From assembly GCA_036785375.1 (NCBI GenBank), contig JAWMAR010000201.1:1-64000 (forward strand): a DNA stretch of 64,000 bases. Direction: 5' to 3'. The notes under the pieces were generated by a model. The model was not told the DNA's origin. It searched no databases and saw only the letters and a list, made by a program, of their open reading frames with translations. Source of the stretch: Leucoraja ocellata (lineage: Eukaryota). This document shows, piece after piece, positions 61,981-64,000 of this stretch. Position numbers and translations under genes: made by a program. The first letter of the stretch is position 1. Every line of letters begins with the position of its first letter.

Positions 61981-62869
61981 CTTTTGTTGTTTTTCAACAG
62001 ACAAATGTGCTTTCTTGCTATAAACATGGAGTACGTGACCAAATGACCAATATTCCTGTTTTCTACTGAAACGTGTGTTACGCACGGTACACAGTGTCCA
62101 AGAGTGGACACCAAAATGAAAGTAGCTCCTGTTTCACCCAGTATTTATTTTTTGTAATATCTTTCTCATGTTTTGAATACATTTTATGGAACTAATTGTC
62201 CATAAATAATAAGAGACTGCAGGTACATAATTTGATCGAAATATAGCTACTGCAAAATGCTGGTGTTACGCGTGTGATGGTGGACACCAAAAATATTCAC
62301 TAATTTTGGCATGCAGCAGCTTTTACAGAATCTTGACATTAAGGTTACTTTCTTCTCATAATTTCAAACATGAAAATGTTCAATCTCCTTGGGAAGTTCT
62401 TTGGTCTTAATTTACCATTGTGGTGTAACGGTGATTACTCTAAAATAGGGTGGACACCAAGAGTAACCACCAACACAGTCTTTAAAATATGGGCACTCAG
62501 AGCACTTAATGCCAAATTCATCAACATTTTTGCTGATTACTGTGAAACATGCATCTCTGCAAATCAACAAACTTGAAAATGTTTTGAATTATAATGTAAT
62601 TAATGCAGAAATTGCCACTTTATTTCATAATGTCAAAGCATGTTATTTTTGGTGTCCTAAAAATTGATATTTTTGAGATATAAACGGGTTGTTTCGGGGA
62701 ATTAATTTAATTCCTAACTTGATTTTATCTCTACTATCTCTTGCACATTTGAGTCACAATCCCTGAAAAAATTAACACCATACTACTTAGCGGCGATATG
62801 ACATTTTTAATGCTCTGTGATAAAATCTTTCAAGTATTGTAAAAATACACATATACAGCATCCACCAGC

Positions 62870-63780
62870 ATGCCCTCATACCCGATGGCGTCCGGAAGGC
62901 ACGTGCAAGCCAGCTAGCGGGGGTGTTCATTGACATTTTTCAACCTCTCGCTTTCCCTAAGATCCGTTCCAGCCTGGCTGAAAACCACCACCATCATCCC
63001 CATACCCAATCACAACAAACTCACCACCCTCAACGACTGGGGACCGATGGCATTGACACCCATCAGCAGCAAATGCTTTGAGAAGTTAGTCAAGGATATA
63101 ATCTGCTCCTCACTACCCAACAACCTGGACCACTGCCAATTTGCCTACCACCCCAACAGATCAACAGACGACCCCATCGCCCACACCCTTCACACCGCCC
63201 TCACCCACCTGGACAAGAGGGACATTTTTTTTTAGGATGCTGTTCATGGACTCATCGGTAAGCTCATGGACCTGGGGCTTAACCCCCCCCCCCCCCCCAT
63301 CAACATCAAACGGTGCAGCGGTGGAGAGGGTGGAGAGCTTCAACTTCCTCGGTCTCCACATCACGGAGGGCCTGCCCTGGACCACCCACATATCCACCAT
63401 CAGCAAAAAGGTGTAACAGCACCTCTAAAACCTCAGGCGACTGAAGAAATTTCGCCTGAACCCCCAGGTCCTCAGGGATTTCTACAGAGGCACCGTGGAG
63501 AGCACCTGGTAGGCTGTATCTCCACCTGGCATAGCAGCTGCAGCTGCACCAGCCACACATGAAGGGCCATGCAGAGAGTTGTGCGGAAGGCCCAGCTCAT
63601 CGTCGGGTGCGAGCTGTCCTCCCTCCAGGACATCTACTCCAGGCGGCTGAAAAGCCCGGGGGATCAACAAACACCCCAGCCACCCGGGACCATGGTCTAT
63701 TCTGCCTGCTGCCCTCATGCATAAGGTACCGGAGCATCAGCCCCCGTACCACCAGACCTCTCTCTGGCAGGTATCTCTCG
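62870..63780 (+). mobile_element. Degenerate Rex1/Babar LINE fragment
   Basis: KTTTIIPIP, KCFEKLV, QFAYHPNRSTDD, VERVESFNFLG. Confidence 0.8.
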
Positions 63781-64000
63781 CTCAAGGATGTCTGTACAGG
63801 CACCAGTGACCCTCCTCCCTCTCCTTCAGAGATTATCTTTTCCCTGTCTTGTGTCTCTAAGTAACTCTCTCACATGAGATATCCATGTGTCGGTGTTCAC
63901 GGTTGCTCTCTCTCAGTGGATAGCCATCCACTAGCCAGTATCTCCAGCTACTCTCACTTGGGGATTTCTCCAGATTGACTCCAACGTAGTTACAAACCTC

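Overview
Vertebrate genomic DNA, very likely a cartilaginous fish (skate/ray-like repeat landscape of CR1 LINEs with (CTATGTTT)n tails, Penelope-derived palindromes and V-SINE fragments; species not determinable). Most of the window is transposable elements. Manual exon assembly reveals a CD2/SLAM-family cluster of three loci. Gene A (+) has a leader and Cys-less IgV exon, and the only nearby IgC2 exon is inverted and frameshifted. Gene B (+; 15226-31510; 5 exons; 267 aa) has IgV-IgC2, an Arg-containing TM helix and a short tyrosine-free tail, i.e. an activating, adaptor-coupled type. Gene C (-; 53454-41005; 6 exons; 333 aa) has IgV-IgC2, a neutral TM and a tail with an ITSM (TVYAQV) and an ITIM-like motif (SVYDTI). 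B and C face each other tail-to-tail and have ~90% identical ectodomains, but their leaders, TM segments and tails are unrelated. Intron and TE junctions suggest the V block was copied from C into B. This looks like a paired activating/inhibitory SLAM-like receptor system maintained by gene conversion. All gene models are hand-built from splice signals and reading-frame continuity; no expression data were available.
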